From Ignavibacteriales bacterium (GTDB lineage: Bacteria > Bacteroidota > Ignavibacteria > UBA10030 > UBA6906): a stretch of DNA of 64,000 bases. Within the stretch, counting starts at the first letter, position 1; each line of letters opens with the position of its first letter. The position numbers were made by a program, and so were the translations under genes. The notes beneath the pieces were generated by a model, which did not search any database, was not told the origin of the DNA, and was given only the letters and a program-made list of their open reading frames with translations. This document shows, piece after piece, positions 26,889 to 37,347 of this stretch. Where the stretch lies: assembly GCA_037441705.1 (NCBI GenBank), contig JBBIRR010000013.1, forward strand, positions 14,073 through 78,072, given 5' to 3'.

Positions 26889-29027
26889 ATGCCTATCATG
26901 ACACGCATGCGGGAAAGCATGCCTGTGATCCTTTTCGGACTTCTCATTGCATTTCTTGTTACGATCATTTTTGAATGGGGGATGGATTATCTGGGCCTGA
27001 CCTCGGGCAGGGGCCAGCACTCCGCTATCGGGTCGGTGAATGGGAAGGAGATTACGTTTCAGGAATTCAGCGAGCTGGTGCGCACGGTTTCGGAAAACCA
27101 GCAACAGCGATCGAACGTCGAGCCGGACGAAAACCAGATGCGCCAAACCCGCCAACAGGTATGGGATCAACTGGTCAATCAGCGGCTGATTGACGAACAG
27201 ATCGCAAAGCTCGGGCTGGTGGTGAGCGATCAGGAGATTGTGGACTGGGTGCGCGGAGACAACCCGCCCGAAGACTTGAAGCGGAACTTCATTGATTCGA
27301 CCGGGACGTTCCGCCGCGACATCTACGAACAGTTCTTGCGTGATCCCAACCAATTCATCCATGACCCGCAAGGCGTCGATCGGGCGTTTGGTTCGAAGTG
27401 GCTCGCCGACTATGAGAAGAATCTCCGCCAGCGCAGACTCCAGGAAAAGCTTCAGAGCCTCGTCACCGCAAGCGTGCGCGTCACCGAAGGGGAAGTCCGC
27501 AAGCGATTCATCGACCAGAATATCCGATACGATGTGCTCTTCGCCCTCTTCGATCCGAACGCGTTTGTGAAGGACGATGACATAACGGTAACCGACGCGG
27601 ATTTGAAAGCATACTACGATGAGAACATCGAGGTATACAAAGTTCAAGCCTCGCGCAAATTGAAGTATGTAACCTTCCTCGAACATCCCTCGGCGGCAGA
27701 TACTGCGGCGAAGATGAGTGAGATTGAAGAGGCGCTCAAGAAAGCAAAGGAAGGGCAGGACTTCCTTCAGCTTGTCGATATTTATTCGGACAGACCCGAC
27801 AGCGGCGCATGGTTCAAACATGGCGAACTCTCGCCCTCCATCGAGAAGGCAGTGTTTGCGGCGAAGAAAGGAGATGTCATCGGCCCGCTCAACGAGTTCG
27901 ATGGGTTCCATATCATCAAAGTGCTCGACGAGCGCAAGGGGACGCAGGAGTTCGTGCGCGCCAGTCACATCCTCTTTCAATTGACGGGGGCCGATTCGAA
28001 CGATGTGAAGGAGAGAGCGCGTGAGGTCGCACGGAAAGCGCGGGCCGGAGCCGACTTTGCCGCGCTGGCAGCCACCTACTCGAAAGATCCGAGCAATGCA
28101 CAGCAAGGCGGCGATCTGGGCTGGTTCGGGAAGGGACGGATGGTGCCGGAATTCGAGCAGGCCGCGTTCAAAGCGAAGGTGGGCGACGTTGTTGGTCCCA
28201 TTCGCACCACGTTCGGGCTGCACATTATCAAAGTGACCGGGCGCGACGCACGCGAGTTGCATCTTGCGCAGATCGTGACAAAACTGGTTGCAAGCTCACA
28301 AACGAAGAACGACGTCGCCGACCGCGCAAAAGATTTTGCCGTGCTTGCACAGTCATCCGAGTTTATGAAAGAAGCAAAGGCCGTCGGACTTGAGGTTCGC
28401 GAAGCCGACGTGCAGGAAAAGGGAGGCGTGATTCCCGGGCTGGGCGTGAACGAGAGCGTGACGAAGTGGGCCTTCAAGAACAGCGTCGGCTCGGTAAGCG
28501 ATCCCTTCACGATTCCCAACGGGTGGGCGGTCTTTACGATCGCAGAAGCCAAGGATGCCGGTGTCCGTCCTTTTGACGAGGTGAAGGAGTCGTTCCGTCC
28601 TCAAGTGCTTCGCAAAAAGAAAATGGAAAAAGTGAAAGAGCTTGCTGCGAGCCTCAAAGCGAAGCTTGCACCCAACGACAGTCTCACACGGCTCACCACG
28701 CTTGAGCCGCGAGTGCAGGTGCAGGGTACCGGCCCGTTCCTTGCCAGCGCGGGTATCCCCGGTGTCGGGCGCGATCAGACGTTCCTCGGCGTGGTTGAGG
28801 GATTGAACACCGGGCAAATCTCTGCACCGTTTGTCGGGTTTCGCGGCGTGTACCTTGTTCAGCTCAGGACGAAAACGCCGTTCGACTCGACGGCGTATGC
28901 GAGCCAGCGCGAAATCCTCCGCTCGCAGATGCTGCAAGAAAAACGCAACCGCTATGTGGGTGAGTGGCTGGCGAAGTTGAAAGAAACTGCCGATATCGAG
29001 GACAATCGGGATCTCTTCTATCGTTGA
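26889..29027 (+). CDS. PpiD/SurA-like membrane-anchored periplasmic chaperone/peptidyl-prolyl isomerase
   Basis: N-terminal TM anchor; SurA-N-like domain; parvulin domain ASHILF...GGDLGWF...MVPEFEQAAF...FGLHII. Confidence 0.9.
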   Translation: MPIMTRMRESMPVILFGLLIAFLVTIIFEWGMDYLGLTSGRGQHSAIGSVNGKEITFQEFSELVRTVSENQQQRSNVEPDENQMRQTRQQVWDQLVNQRLIDEQIAKLGLVVSDQEIVDWVRGDNPPEDLKRNFIDSTGTFRRDIYEQFLRDPNQFIHDPQGVDRAFGSKWLADYEKNLRQRRLQEKLQSLVTASVRVTEGEVRKRFIDQNIRYDVLFALFDPNAFVKDDDITVTDADLKAYYDENIEVYKVQASRKLKYVTFLEHPSAADTAAKMSEIEEALKKAKEGQDFLQLVDIYSDRPDSGAWFKHGELSPSIEKAVFAAKKGDVIGPLNEFDGFHIIKVLDERKGTQEFVRASHILFQLTGADSNDVKERAREVARKARAGADFAALAATYSKDPSNAQQGGDLGWFGKGRMVPEFEQAAFKAKVGDVVGPIRTTFGLHIIKVTGRDARELHLAQIVTKLVASSQTKNDVADRAKDFAVLAQSSEFMKEAKAVGLEVREADVQEKGGVIPGLGVNESVTKWAFKNSVGSVSDPFTIPNGWAVFTIAEAKDAGVRPFDEVKESFRPQVLRKKKMEKVKELAASLKAKLAPNDSLTRLTTLEPRVQVQGTGPFLASAGIPGVGRDQTFLGVVEGLNTGQISAPFVGFRGVYLVQLRTKTPFDSTAYASQREILRSQMLQEKRNRYVGEWLAKLKETADIEDNRDLFYR

Positions 29028-29044
29028 TCTGCAGGAGGTGAGGT

Positions 29045-29770
29045 ATGGGAACTCTTCGTCGGTCGGTTGTGCGATCGAGCGTTCTCATCATTGCGGGGGT
29101 GTTTGTGCTGGCACCCACCATACGCGCCGAAGGGCGATATTTTTCGATCGCGGTGAAAGGCAGCCTTACCACCACGTCACAGCTTTTCCCTAATCCGAAC
29201 TCGCCGGATGAAGTACAGCGCGCGCAATTCATTTCATTGAAAGATATCTGGGGCATCGGCGTGGAAGTGCGTTACCGATTTCCCGAAACCGATCTTGCCC
29301 TGGCCCTCTCGGCAGATTATCTGCGCACGACACAGCGTTCCTCGATTCGCCTCTCCGGCAACAGAACCATTCCCGTTGACGATGGATACCGGGTCATACC
29401 GGTGGAACTCACCGGATACTTTCTCATTCCCCTTTCCGGAGAGACGATCGGTGTGTACATGGGCGGCGGCGGCGGCGCGTACTTCGGCCGCAGAGTCTAC
29501 CGCATCGGCAGTGTTGAAGCGCCCTCCACCAACCACGGCGTCGGATTCGGCATCCATGTGTTGAGCGGCGTAAGCTACCGGTTCACCGACATGATCTCTG
29601 CTGTGGCCGAGATGAAGTTTCGCGACTTGCAGTTCACGTCGGTCAATCAATTCTCATCCTCGACCATTCGCTACGGTTCCACAGTGGTGCCGGTAAGCAC
29701 GCTGCCGTTCGAGTCACGCGTCCACACAGACGGGATCGTCTTCCAGCTGGGTATCGTGATCGCCTTTTGA
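29045..29770 (+). CDS. Outer-membrane beta-barrel protein (small, probably 8-stranded, OmpW/OmpA-like)
   Basis: Signal peptide ending IRA-E; alternating strands (VYMGGGGGAYF, GVSYRF); C-terminal FQLGIVIAF. Confidence 0.7.
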   Translation: MGTLRRSVVRSSVLIIAGVFVLAPTIRAEGRYFSIAVKGSLTTTSQLFPNPNSPDEVQRAQFISLKDIWGIGVEVRYRFPETDLALALSADYLRTTQRSSIRLSGNRTIPVDDGYRVIPVELTGYFLIPLSGETIGVYMGGGGGAYFGRRVYRIGSVEAPSTNHGVGFGIHVLSGVSYRFTDMISAVAEMKFRDLQFTSVNQFSSSTIRYGSTVVPVSTLPFESRVHTDGIVFQLGIVIAF

Positions 29771-29776
29771 AATGGT

Positions 29777-30505
29777 GTGACCGTCTCGCCCGACCTCCGT
29801 CCCGTCTCTTCCGATCCTGAAGCCCTGCGTCGTCGGCTTGCCGCGCGCTTCGATCTCGCTTTGCATGATGTGCAGATCGGCGCAACGACCTTCAGAGTTC
29901 TCAAGGTCCGCGACTCGAACGTTCTCCTTGAGGCCATCCTTCCGGAGGTGTTTGCGCGGGATGAGCGTCTGCCCTACTGGGCCGACGTATGGAGTTCCTC
30001 CGTCGAGCTTGCGCGGTGGTGTTTGGAAGAGGCCGATCTGCAGGGGAAACGCATTCTGGAGATCGGGTGCGGGTTGGGTCTTGCGGGCATTGCCGCGGCA
30101 CATGCAGGCGCGTGCGTAACGTTGTCGGACTATGATCGGGATGCGATTGCGTTTGCTGAATTCAATGCTGCGACCAATCTTTCCCCCTCCCGGGCATCGG
30201 GTGTCCGTCTCCTGTACCTCGATTGGCGAGACTTGCCTTCTTTGCAGCCGTTTGATATGATTATAGGGGCGGATGTCGCGTACGAGCGGTCAAGCTTCAA
30301 TGCACTGATTGACGTCCTGCGAAAACTCTTGAAACCATCCGGGGTTGCTCTCTTGACCGAGCCTGATCGTACAATAGGAGCGGATTTCTTTGCCATGATC
30401 GTCAAGCACGGATTTCAAATATCAACAACGGCGCGGCCGGTTGTGTGGGAGGGGAGAACAAATACCATCAATCGGGTCCTCCTGTGGCACACCGAAGTAG
30501 CCTAA
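29777..30505 (+). CDS. Class I SAM-dependent methyltransferase of the MTF16/METTL21-like lysine methyltransferase type
   Basis: LPYWADVWSSS, ILEIGCGLG, LSDYD, LDW, IIGADVAY (DxxY). Confidence 0.8.
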   Translation: MTVSPDLRPVSSDPEALRRRLAARFDLALHDVQIGATTFRVLKVRDSNVLLEAILPEVFARDERLPYWADVWSSSVELARWCLEEADLQGKRILEIGCGLGLAGIAAAHAGACVTLSDYDRDAIAFAEFNAATNLSPSRASGVRLLYLDWRDLPSLQPFDMIIGADVAYERSSFNALIDVLRKLLKPSGVALLTEPDRTIGADFFAMIVKHGFQISTTARPVVWEGRTNTINRVLLWHTEVA

Positions 30506-30529
30506 GTTCCTTGCAAGCATGAGGCGGCG

Positions 30530-31090
30530 ATGGAGACTCCTGCGACAAAACGCAAGCATCTCATCTATCTCACCGGCTTCATGGGCTGCGGGAAAAGTAC
30601 GATCGGGCCTATCCTGGCGAACACGCTCGGCTATTCGTTCGCAGATGTCGATAAGGTCATCGAAGAACGGGTGGGCAAGAGCGTGAAAGATATTTTTCGA
30701 GAAGATGGCGAGAAGTTCTTTCGCGACATCGAGCGGCAGGTGGTGAGCGAACTGAGCCAGCGCGATCATCATGTGGTTTCTCTCGGAGGCGGCTCGGTGG
30801 TCGATCCGGGAACGTTTGCGGTGGTCAAGAACTCGGGTATTCTCGTCTATCTCTACTCGTCGCCCGAGCAGCTTTTGCGACGGCTTCAGCACAAAACAGA
30901 TCGGCCCGTGCTTGCCAACAGCGAGGGTGCGAACCTTGAGCCGGAGGAACTGCGCGAACGCGTTCTGCAATTGTTTGCGGCGCGAGAACCCCTCTACGCC
31001 CAGGCCCAGGTCATCGTTCATACAGACGAAAAACGAGTCGGACTGACGGTCGACGAAATTGTGCGAAGGTTGTCACAACTTCTCAAATGA
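30530..31090 (+). CDS. aroK: Shikimate kinase
   Basis: GFMGCGKST, GEKFFRDIE, SLGGG, DRPVL, REPLY. Confidence 0.95.
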   Translation: METPATKRKHLIYLTGFMGCGKSTIGPILANTLGYSFADVDKVIEERVGKSVKDIFREDGEKFFRDIERQVVSELSQRDHHVVSLGGGSVVDPGTFAVVKNSGILVYLYSSPEQLLRRLQHKTDRPVLANSEGANLEPEELRERVLQLFAAREPLYAQAQVIVHTDEKRVGLTVDEIVRRLSQLLK

Positions 31091-31121
31091 GGATTCCCCT
31101 TATTGTCGCAGCTGCTTCGCG

Positions 31122-31150
31122 TTGCATCTCGCAAGGGTAATCTCTATATT
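31122..31150 (+). promoter_or_regulatory. Sigma70-type promoter before the heptose kinase/tamB/rnr block
   Basis: TTGCAT-N17-TATATT. Confidence 0.6.
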
Positions 31151-31186
31151 CTCGCACATTACAACAGGATAGGGGGAGTGCGTTCT

Positions 31187-32194
31187 ATGGTTACGTTTAC
31201 CGAAAGCCGTCTCCAGGAACTTCTGGAGGCGTTCAAGACGAAGAAGGTTGCCGTCGTGGGCGATTTGATGGTGGACCGGTATTACTGGGGAACGGTGGGC
31301 CGCATTTCCCCCGAAGCGCCCGTCCCGGTAGTCGAAGTCGTAGAGGAACAGGTACGGCTCGGCGGCGCAGCAAACGTTGCCAACAACATCCAGACCCTCG
31401 GCGGCGAACCGATGCTTGTCGGCCTGATCGGCAACGACCACCCCGGCCAGGTCTTCATCGAGATTCTCAAGGAACGTAACCTCCCCTCGAAAGGAATTGT
31501 TACGGACGCCTCGCGTCCGACAACGATCAAGACGCGGGTGATTGCACACGCCCAGCACGTCGTCCGCATCGACAACGAATCGAAAGCCGAGTGTCCCGAA
31601 CACATCCGGCACATGATCATTGATGCCGTCAAGTACAACATCCATGAGCTTGACGCAATCATCATTGAGGACTACAACAAAGGCGTGGTGACCAAGGATG
31701 TGATTCATGAGTTGATTGCCGTCGCCCGAAAGTATAACAAGATCATCACCGTCGATCCGAAGTTCAACAACTTCCTCGAATACAAACACGTCACCGTCTT
31801 CAAGCCGAACAGACGCGAGGTCGAGGAAGCAATTGGCGGCCGATTGAAATCCGTGGCCGACGTTGAACGCGCGGGAAAGCATCTGTTGGAAGTGCTTGAG
31901 GCCGAGAACATTCTGCTCACCCGCGGAGAGGAAGGAATGTCGCTGTTCGAGGCAAACGGTGCCATCACGCATATCCCGACACAGGCCACAAATGTGCAGG
32001 ATGTGTCCGGGGCTGGCGATACGGTCGTCTCCACGCTGACGATGGCGCTGGCAAGCGGGGCAACGATTCATGAGGCGGCAACGCTGGCGAACTGCGCTGC
32101 GGGCGTTGTCGTCGGGTCTGTAGGCATCGTGCCGATCCAGCCCAAAGAGCTGGTGGAGGCCGCGTTGCGCTTCTCCAAAAACGGACGCGCCTGA
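31187..32194 (+). CDS. rfaE1: D-glycero-beta-D-manno-heptose-7-phosphate kinase (HldE N-domain, HldA/RfaE1)
   Basis: VGDLMVDRY, RISPEAPVPV, GGAANVA, DYNKG, DVSGAGDT. Confidence 0.93.
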   Translation: MVTFTESRLQELLEAFKTKKVAVVGDLMVDRYYWGTVGRISPEAPVPVVEVVEEQVRLGGAANVANNIQTLGGEPMLVGLIGNDHPGQVFIEILKERNLPSKGIVTDASRPTTIKTRVIAHAQHVVRIDNESKAECPEHIRHMIIDAVKYNIHELDAIIIEDYNKGVVTKDVIHELIAVARKYNKIITVDPKFNNFLEYKHVTVFKPNRREVEEAIGGRLKSVADVERAGKHLLEVLEAENILLTRGEEGMSLFEANGAITHIPTQATNVQDVSGAGDTVVSTLTMALASGATIHEAATLANCAAGVVVGSVGIVPIQPKELVEAALRFSKNGRA

Positions 32195-32670
32195 TGGGCA
32201 AAGTACTTTCTCTTCCGGCGTTGCGAAAGGTTCGCGAAAGACTTCGCAAGCAGCAGAAGAAGGTTGTCTTTACCAACGGGACGTTCGATATTCTGCATCG
32301 CGGCCACGTCGAGTATCTGACGAAGGCGAAAGCGCTGGGTGATGTTCTGATTGTGGGGCTGAACACCGACGCCTCCATTCGTCGCATCAAAGGGCCGCAG
32401 CGCCCGATCAACACCAATCGCGACCGGGCGGCGGTGCTGGCCGCACTTGCAGCAGTTGACTACATCTGCTTCTTCGGTGAGGATACGCCGCAGCGACTGA
32501 TTGCGGCGCTCGTGCCGGATGTTTTGGTCAAAGGCGCGGATTGGAGCGTTAACGCAATTGTGGGGAAGGACATTGTGGAGAACCACGGCGGCGTGGTGAA
32601 AACGATCCGCCTCACCCCGGGTCGCTCCACCACGAACGTCATCCGGCGCATTCTGAATGCGTATCGATGA
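32194..32670 (+). CDS. rfaE2: D-glycero-beta-D-manno-heptose-1-phosphate adenylyltransferase (HldC/RfaE2)
   Basis: VFTNGTFDILHRGH, GLNTDAS, KGPQRP, LVKGAD. TGATG coupling to rfaE1. Confidence 0.93.
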   Translation: MGKVLSLPALRKVRERLRKQQKKVVFTNGTFDILHRGHVEYLTKAKALGDVLIVGLNTDASIRRIKGPQRPINTNRDRAAVLAALAAVDYICFFGEDTPQRLIAALVPDVLVKGADWSVNAIVGKDIVENHGGVVKTIRLTPGRSTTNVIRRILNAYR

Positions 32671-32758
32671 GTGTCGAAGGACCGCGGTCCTTCTCCCCTG
32701 ACGATTCATCAACAAAGCCGCGCGTGTCGCTTCGTGCACGCCGCAGTGGGAAAGATCA

Positions 32759-35700
32759 GTGAAGAAGATTTTCAAATGGCTTGCCTACGTTTCTGCCGGC
32801 ATCATTGCTCTGGCCAGTATCGTTGCCGGCGTGAGTCAGACGCAATTCTTTCGCGATCGGCTTCGGTCGTTCGCTCTCGCACAGCTTGATTCCCTGCTCG
32901 ATGCCGAGGTACGCCTCGGCGAAATTCGCGGCAATCTCATCACCGGCTTCTCCATTGATTCCGTCTTCATTGCCGTCCAGGGCGAACCGCTCATCAGCGC
33001 CGAGCGCCTTGTCCTTCGCTACGATCTCTTTCAGATTCCTTCTCGGCGCATCACCATCAGCAGCCTGATTCTTGTTCATCCCGAAGTTGCCTTCATCTGC
33101 GGAGCGGACGGCGTTTGGAATTTCGAGCGCATGGTGCGGCCCACACCCCAGGATTCGGCATCCCGGCCATTCGATTGGCCCATCAAAGTTGATTGGCTCG
33201 AAATCAAGGACGGCTCCATCCGACTTCTTGATTCTGCGGCGCTGGCTGCGCCGGATCATGAGACTACCGGTCTCTACTACGTCGAGTATCATGATTTCGC
33301 CCTGCACAATGTGAACCTCGTTGCCACCTCCTGCTCGATCACCCCGAGCGAGAAGCGAGCGCGTATCGCGGCATTGAGCTTCGATTCGGATCGTCCTCCG
33401 ATCCACCTCAAATCGTTTTCCGGTGAGTTCAAGGTCACCCCTCAAGAGGCATCGGTCAAGAATATGATCGTGCAGACGGCGCGGTCGCACCTCATGCTGA
33501 ACGCGGCGCTGAAAGACGTCAACCTCTTTGAGGGCCTGGAGCTTTCCGATCTGAAACAGAAACCCGTTGAGCTTTCCCTGCGCGCCCGGAGTCTCGATCT
33601 CGGCGAGCTGAAGCGCTTCATTCATCAGCTCGAGTTCTTGCACGGGGATGTGAAGGCGGAAATCGTCGCCGAAGGGGAATTCGGTCGTTTGGACATCAAG
33701 CAGATCGATCTCCTGACCCGCGCTTCCGAATTACATCTTGCAGGTACGCTCTCCAACCTGCATAGGCCCGACGCGCTGGAGCTCCACATCAAGTGTCGCG
33801 AGAGTGTCATCAACTACGCCGACGTCATGGCGCTGATGCCCTCGTTTTCTTTGCCGGACATCAGCGCCATCGGCCCCGCAGGCATCTCCTTCGATTTCGA
33901 CGGCACGCCGCTGCAGTTCACAACTGCGCTTTCCGTCCAGACGGATGCGGGATCGGTCTCCACGACGGGACTTGCGCTGACCATCGGCGGAGAGGAATCG
34001 CTCCGATATGACGGCGAGTTCACATTGCACGCTGTGGATCTCTCCCGCGTTCTTCCGGAGAGTGAATGGACATCTTCTCTCACCGGCACGCTGCGCGTCA
34101 GCGGCGGCGGCACGTCGTTGGCCAACCTTGCAGCGCGGACTGAGCTTCTGATCGATTCGTCATACATCGGCGGGCAATCCGTGGAGGCAACCTCGGTAAT
34201 CGTCACTGCCGCGCAGAGGAGTGTTGTCGGCGTTGCCCGGCTTACCCTGGGCACGATGCACACAGAGCTTGAAGCAAAGCTTGAGGACGCCACCGGCCCG
34301 GCGCCCCGCTTCAGCATTGCGGGGGCAATTTCGTCGTTGAACCTCGCGGACCTTCTCAACGATCCAATTCACAACAGCGATCTGACGCTCCACCTCAACG
34401 CCGAAGGCACCGGCCTGGAGTGGGAGAAGCTGAACTGCACGGCGCTGTTGGACTTCTCCTCGTCTCGCTATCGCGAGTACAGGATCGACTCCGGCGCTGT
34501 GCACCTGCTGATCGACCAACGCGATCCGATGCACAGTGCCATCAGCATCAATTCCAGTCTGGCAGACTTCTCTCTCAAGGGACAGTTTGATCTGGACTAC
34601 ATGGTGGGACTGATTCGATACGAGATCAACAGCCTTCGGCTTGCAGTGGGCAAACGCCTGCGGGCGATTGATTCGACGTTAGCGACGACATTGGATGAGC
34701 GGGCCCTGGTTGCGTTAGGGGACCGCCTTGCTAAGCAGAAGAAGCGGTTGAACGCGGAGTACGAATTGCGCGTCAAAGACCTCGAGCCGCTTTCCATCCT
34801 TACCGGCAACCGTACGTTCGATGCCGTGGGTGTGATTGAAGGATCGCTGCAGGGAGATTACGCGATGCTGGCAGGCGATGCGCGGCTCGAACTGCGGGAG
34901 TTCTTCTACGGCAATGCCGATTCGGGCATGCTGGTGCAGAACGGCCTCGCGACGCTTCGTTTCAACGATCTGCATCCTCTCAATCCGCTCTCCTCGCTCA
35001 CCCTGCGCATTCGCGCCGACGCCGGCAAAATGCACATCAACCGCACGAAGCTCGACACGCTCAAGTTCGGTATCTTCTATGACAAAGAGTACGCGGGGTT
35101 TGTTGTGCAGGCTGATTACGACCGGGACTATCACTTCCGCACCAATGGTCAGGTGGGGGTGACCGATGACGGAGTCCAGTTCACGCTCAGCAATCTCACG
35201 TTAGGCTATCAGGATTATCTCTGGCAAGCAGATGACGGGGCGGTGATTGCAGTGAATCCGCACAGCATGCGTGTTCATTCGTTCACGCTGCGGAGAGATT
35301 CACAAGCGGTGGTGCTGAACGGGTCCTTGGTCGCAGCCGATTCGGTTGAGGCAGCGGTGCACTGCCGCTCGCTTGATCTGGTAAGTCTGAAGTATGTCCT
35401 TCGGAAGGAAGAACAAGCAGGCGAAGCGCGTCTGTTCGAAGGCCGGGCGGATTTTGATGCATATGCTCACGGCACGCTTGCCAATCCGATCTATGACGCG
35501 ACGCTTACGGCGCGCAATGTGTCGTTCCGCGGTTTTCCCTTCGGCGAGATTCACGGCACGCTGAACTATCGTGATGAGCAACTTGCGGCCAACTTTTCCA
35601 TTGACAATCGGGCAGACAGGACCTCCGGCCAACCCGACCTCACCATTCGCGGCACCCTTCCCGTCCGCCTTGCGATAACGGGCGTTGACGCACGCTTTCC

Positions 35701-37321
35701 GGACACGCCGATGGATTTCGAGATCAAGACGGAGGGATTGCAAATGAGCCTGTTCGATCCGCTTGTGCCGACGTTCAACGAGCTTGTCGGTACGCTGAAA
35801 GCGGACCTCAAGATCGGCGGCTCTCCGAAAAAGCCGAGCTTCGCAGGCTCGATGAGCATCGAAAACTGTTCGTTTCTGTTCGAGCCGAACAACATGCATT
35901 ACCGCCTGGATGCGCGCTTCCAGCCGGATGGTGAGCGCATCAAAGTGCTTGATGCTGTCATCCGCAACGTCGATGCGGACAACCGGCCCGGTCGCGTGGG
36001 GCTGATTCATGTGACAGGCGATTTCTCGCTGCGCGAGTTGGTTCCGTCCGATTTCAATGCCGATATCACCGGCCAATTGCTGGTTGTGAACAAGAATACG
36101 CTGACGTCCTCTCTTGGCGTGTACGGCGAGTTGCCCGTCGAAGTCTCCGGCAAAGGGTTGCGCTTTACGGGCAGCATCGAACGATCGTTGCTGAAAGGCG
36201 ATGTGCTCGTCCGCAACGCGAGTCTGGCATTTCCGCCGACCACCACAACGGCGCGGGAAGATACGTTCTTCATACCCTTCCGTTTGGTCAACGACACCGT
36301 GCGCGCTGCGGAACCGACGGACACCTCCGTGTCCTCGCGGTACTTCGGTTATGCCGCAAGTAGTGTTGGCGACACGACAACACGCGGAGGAGTACGCGCC
36401 CGGTCCTTCATGGACGGGCTTCGCTATGATCTCAACGTGGAGTTTGCCGGCAGCAACAACGAAGTCCGCATGATCTTCAACTCGGCAACGAATGAGGAGT
36501 TGGTGGCGAACATTACCGGCAGAGTGGCGATCACCGAGGACGGGAAGTATTGGGTGGGAACGCTCGACGTCGTGCGTGCGTCCTACAACTTCTATGGCAA
36601 GCGCTTCGACGCCGAAGGGACGATTACGTATGCAGGCGACTTCCTGAATCCGGAGTTGAACATCACCGCCACCTATGAGGGAACGCGGACGAACGATCAG
36701 GTTCAGCCGCCGAAAAACGAGCAGGTGGTGGTGACCTACAAGATCACGGGAACGCGCCTGGCACCGAAGCCGGAGATCGCGATGAAAATTGACGATGTCG
36801 ATTACGCCACGTACACCGCAGGCCCGAAGTCCGGCGACGTCCAGTCCGATGCGCTGACGTTCATCATCACCAATACCTTCCCGCTTTCCCGCGGCGAGCG
36901 CAACAACATTGCCGAACAGATCGGCCCAACGGTGGGCGCGGGTCTGGTGGGCGGCGCAACCTCGCTGCTCACGAGCACGCTGGCGGAGTTCCTCCGGACG
37001 AAGACCGGGTTCATCCAGTCGTTCGAGCTTCGGTACGATACGAGCGTGCGCGGCAGCTCGTTCGGCCAGAGTGCCGATGTGCGGTTGGGGGGCACGGCGT
37101 TCAAAGGGTATTGGCGCTACGGCGGCAAGATTCTGGAAGACCCGTTCAGCAATGCCAATTTCAGCATCCTGTATTCCTTCGGCGATATCTTCGATCGGCC
37201 GTCGCTACGGAATTTCATGTTCGAGCTGGAACGACGCGTCGATACCTCCACACTGTTCGGCTCGATCGAAACGCGCAAGGAGATTAACTCCGCGCGGTTC
37301 TTCTATCGCTTTTCGTTCTAA
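32759..37321 (+). CDS. TamB/AsmA-like large periplasm-spanning beta-taco protein
   Basis: 1520 aa; N-terminal TM anchor then TQFFRDRLR; repetitive beta-strand pattern; DUF490-like C-terminus (GTITYAGDFLNPELNITATY, ITGTRLAP); ends FFYRFSF. Confidence 0.8.
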   Translation: MKKIFKWLAYVSAGIIALASIVAGVSQTQFFRDRLRSFALAQLDSLLDAEVRLGEIRGNLITGFSIDSVFIAVQGEPLISAERLVLRYDLFQIPSRRITISSLILVHPEVAFICGADGVWNFERMVRPTPQDSASRPFDWPIKVDWLEIKDGSIRLLDSAALAAPDHETTGLYYVEYHDFALHNVNLVATSCSITPSEKRARIAALSFDSDRPPIHLKSFSGEFKVTPQEASVKNMIVQTARSHLMLNAALKDVNLFEGLELSDLKQKPVELSLRARSLDLGELKRFIHQLEFLHGDVKAEIVAEGEFGRLDIKQIDLLTRASELHLAGTLSNLHRPDALELHIKCRESVINYADVMALMPSFSLPDISAIGPAGISFDFDGTPLQFTTALSVQTDAGSVSTTGLALTIGGEESLRYDGEFTLHAVDLSRVLPESEWTSSLTGTLRVSGGGTSLANLAARTELLIDSSYIGGQSVEATSVIVTAAQRSVVGVARLTLGTMHTELEAKLEDATGPAPRFSIAGAISSLNLADLLNDPIHNSDLTLHLNAEGTGLEWEKLNCTALLDFSSSRYREYRIDSGAVHLLIDQRDPMHSAISINSSLADFSLKGQFDLDYMVGLIRYEINSLRLAVGKRLRAIDSTLATTLDERALVALGDRLAKQKKRLNAEYELRVKDLEPLSILTGNRTFDAVGVIEGSLQGDYAMLAGDARLELREFFYGNADSGMLVQNGLATLRFNDLHPLNPLSSLTLRIRADAGKMHINRTKLDTLKFGIFYDKEYAGFVVQADYDRDYHFRTNGQVGVTDDGVQFTLSNLTLGYQDYLWQADDGAVIAVNPHSMRVHSFTLRRDSQAVVLNGSLVAADSVEAAVHCRSLDLVSLKYVLRKEEQAGEARLFEGRADFDAYAHGTLANPIYDATLTARNVSFRGFPFGEIHGTLNYRDEQLAANFSIDNRADRTSGQPDLTIRGTLPVRLAITGVDARFPDTPMDFEIKTEGLQMSLFDPLVPTFNELVGTLKADLKIGGSPKKPSFAGSMSIENCSFLFEPNNMHYRLDARFQPDGERIKVLDAVIRNVDADNRPGRVGLIHVTGDFSLRELVPSDFNADITGQLLVVNKNTLTSSLGVYGELPVEVSGKGLRFTGSIERSLLKGDVLVRNASLAFPPTTTTAREDTFFIPFRLVNDTVRAAEPTDTSVSSRYFGYAASSVGDTTTRGGVRARSFMDGLRYDLNVEFAGSNNEVRMIFNSATNEELVANITGRVAITEDGKYWVGTLDVVRASYNFYGKRFDAEGTITYAGDFLNPELNITATYEGTRTNDQVQPPKNEQVVVTYKITGTRLAPKPEIAMKIDDVDYATYTAGPKSGDVQSDALTFIITNTFPLSRGERNNIAEQIGPTVGAGLVGGATSLLTSTLAEFLRTKTGFIQSFELRYDTSVRGSSFGQSADVRLGGTAFKGYWRYGGKILEDPFSNANFSILYSFGDIFDRPSLRNFMFELERRVDTSTLFGSIETRKEINSARFFYRFSF

Positions 37322-37347
37322 TCAGTAGTACAATCGAGGATTATTCT

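Noticed and set aside
24784-26901. 705-aa plus-strand ORF
   Set aside because: Antisense shadow of purH/purN with no recognisable motifs; long antisense frames are expected in GC-rich coding DNA.
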